DNA from: Callorhinchus milii | Lineage: Eukaryota | DNA: 64,000 nucleotides | Assembly: GCF_018977255.1 (NCBI RefSeq) | Contig: NW_024704742.1 | Coordinates: 92,134,001-92,198,000, forward strand | Direction of reading: 5' to 3' | In this document: piece after piece, positions 62,946-64,000 of the stretch | Layout of the letters: the number at the start of each line of letters is the position of its first letter | How positions within the stretch are numbered: position 1 is the stretch's first letter | Notes under the pieces: model-generated | What the model saw: the letters and a program-made list of their open reading frames with translations, nothing else | Database searches by the model: none | Told to the model about the DNA's origin: nothing | Translations under genes and position numbers: made by a program

Positions 62946-63379
62946 CAGAAGACAGTCCCTAAAGTAAATCCTATGAGGAACTTTCATAAGGTGCTATACC
63001 AAATGCAAAGATTTTTCTTTTTTTATCATTGGTTCAACTCAACAAAAAAAATAGAGAAAAGTCAGTATATTGTAAATTGGCACATCCAATGCAGTGAGCT
63101 GGCTTTGAGCAATTGTGATGGATTAGAAGATGTCTTTAGTCATTGCCTGACCATGGTGGGCACATATTTGAATGATGAATTAACAGCAGTGTTAAATGAT
63201 TCATAGAGTTTGACAGTGGCAGAGCACGACAGCTAGGACATAAACTTCCTTCTATAAATCAGCACTCCCTCAGAAATATTATTAATTCCCAGTATAAATA
63301 TCTACTGTAGTAGATGTATAAGAAGTATATAGTAGTGTCTTTGACATCTACTACATTAGGAATCAGTCTGAGAGCTTAT

Positions 63380-63725
63380 TATTGTGGTTTGTCCTACATA
63401 TCAGAAATAAGAATAAGAACCACAAGTACTCCATGGATTGGATTGAACTTGGCAAGGGAGAAGCTGAACAAGATCTAGGGATGTTAGTTGACTCATTGCT
63501 CATCACGTCAAAACAGCAAAGAACAAGGCAAACAGGATGTTGGGCTATATTGCCAGATCAGTTGAGTTAAGATACCCAGATATTATACTCAGGCTGTACA
63601 ATGCTCTGGTCAGGCCACACTTACAGTACTGCATATAGTTCTGGGGTTTCACACAACATAATTGCCCTAGACGTAGTGTGGAGAGGAGTATCGAGACCAA
63701 GCCCCAGTGTTAGAGGAATGAATTA
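63380..63725 (+). mobile_element. Old CR1 ORF2 fragment
   Basis: VLHIRNKN..Y..EQDLGMLVDS, LYNALVRPHLQYC..FW. Confidence 0.8.
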
Positions 63726-64000
63726 TCACCTAGGCCAATAGAAAAGTGGAGAAATATTTGCCAAAAATTTCAGGGCAATTGATAACAATTGCAGGGCATT
63801 TGATAAGCCCTCACGGCCATCTGGGAGCTATTGTGATGACTGTGTCATTGCCATTAGCATTCCATTGAGATTGACAGTTTCAATTGAAGAGAAGGAAAAT
63901 AATAGGCTCCATCCCACAAAAGAAAGATATGATAATTTGCATATATGTTTTAGGAGTGTAATTATGAAGGTTTAGTGTTATCTGTCAAAACAAATCCATT

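Noticed and set aside
63305..63323. let-7-like GTAGTAGATGTATA
   Set aside because: Lacks the TGAGGTAG seed and let-7 precursor structure.
1..64000. CRISPR arrays, rRNA, prokaryotic operons; remaining short ORFs in the track
   Set aside because: Sequence is vertebrate repeat-rich DNA; short ORFs overlap SINEs or show no recognisable domain.

Overview
This is vertebrate, non-coding-like DNA that is AT-rich between repeats and dense in retroposons. The repeat set points to a cartilaginous fish, most likely a holocephalan such as Callorhinchus (inferred from recalled repeat families, no database search). It includes shark-type CR1 LINEs, (GTT)n-tailed L2 LINEs, DeuSINEs and an abundant tRNA-Ala-like SINE ending in (ATT)n. 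I could not identify any host protein-coding gene; the window looks intronic or intergenic, with only a few weak exon candidates. The only clearly recognisable coding sequence is decayed LINE ORF2: CR1 at 5.3-7.6, 22.2-23.1 and 32.1-33.5 kb, L2 at 39.4-42.5, 47.8-48.4, 49.6-50.85 and 58.4-60.65 kb, plus a Penelope-like RT fragment. The most interesting signals concern the L2-dependent retroposons. A composite tRNA+CORE+Deu+L2-tail SINE has two subfamilies, differing by a ~60-bp CORE deletion and CAC versus TGC anticodons. Two L2 copies share the same frameshifts. There are minimal head+tail SINEs and an unclassified L2-tailed element, and L2 repeatedly nests in DeuSINEs. Also notable are a hairpin-rich GC island at ~25 kb, a ~190-bp segment copied into a CR1 3' end, and a palindromic MITE-like family. 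Coordinates of old repeats are approximate.
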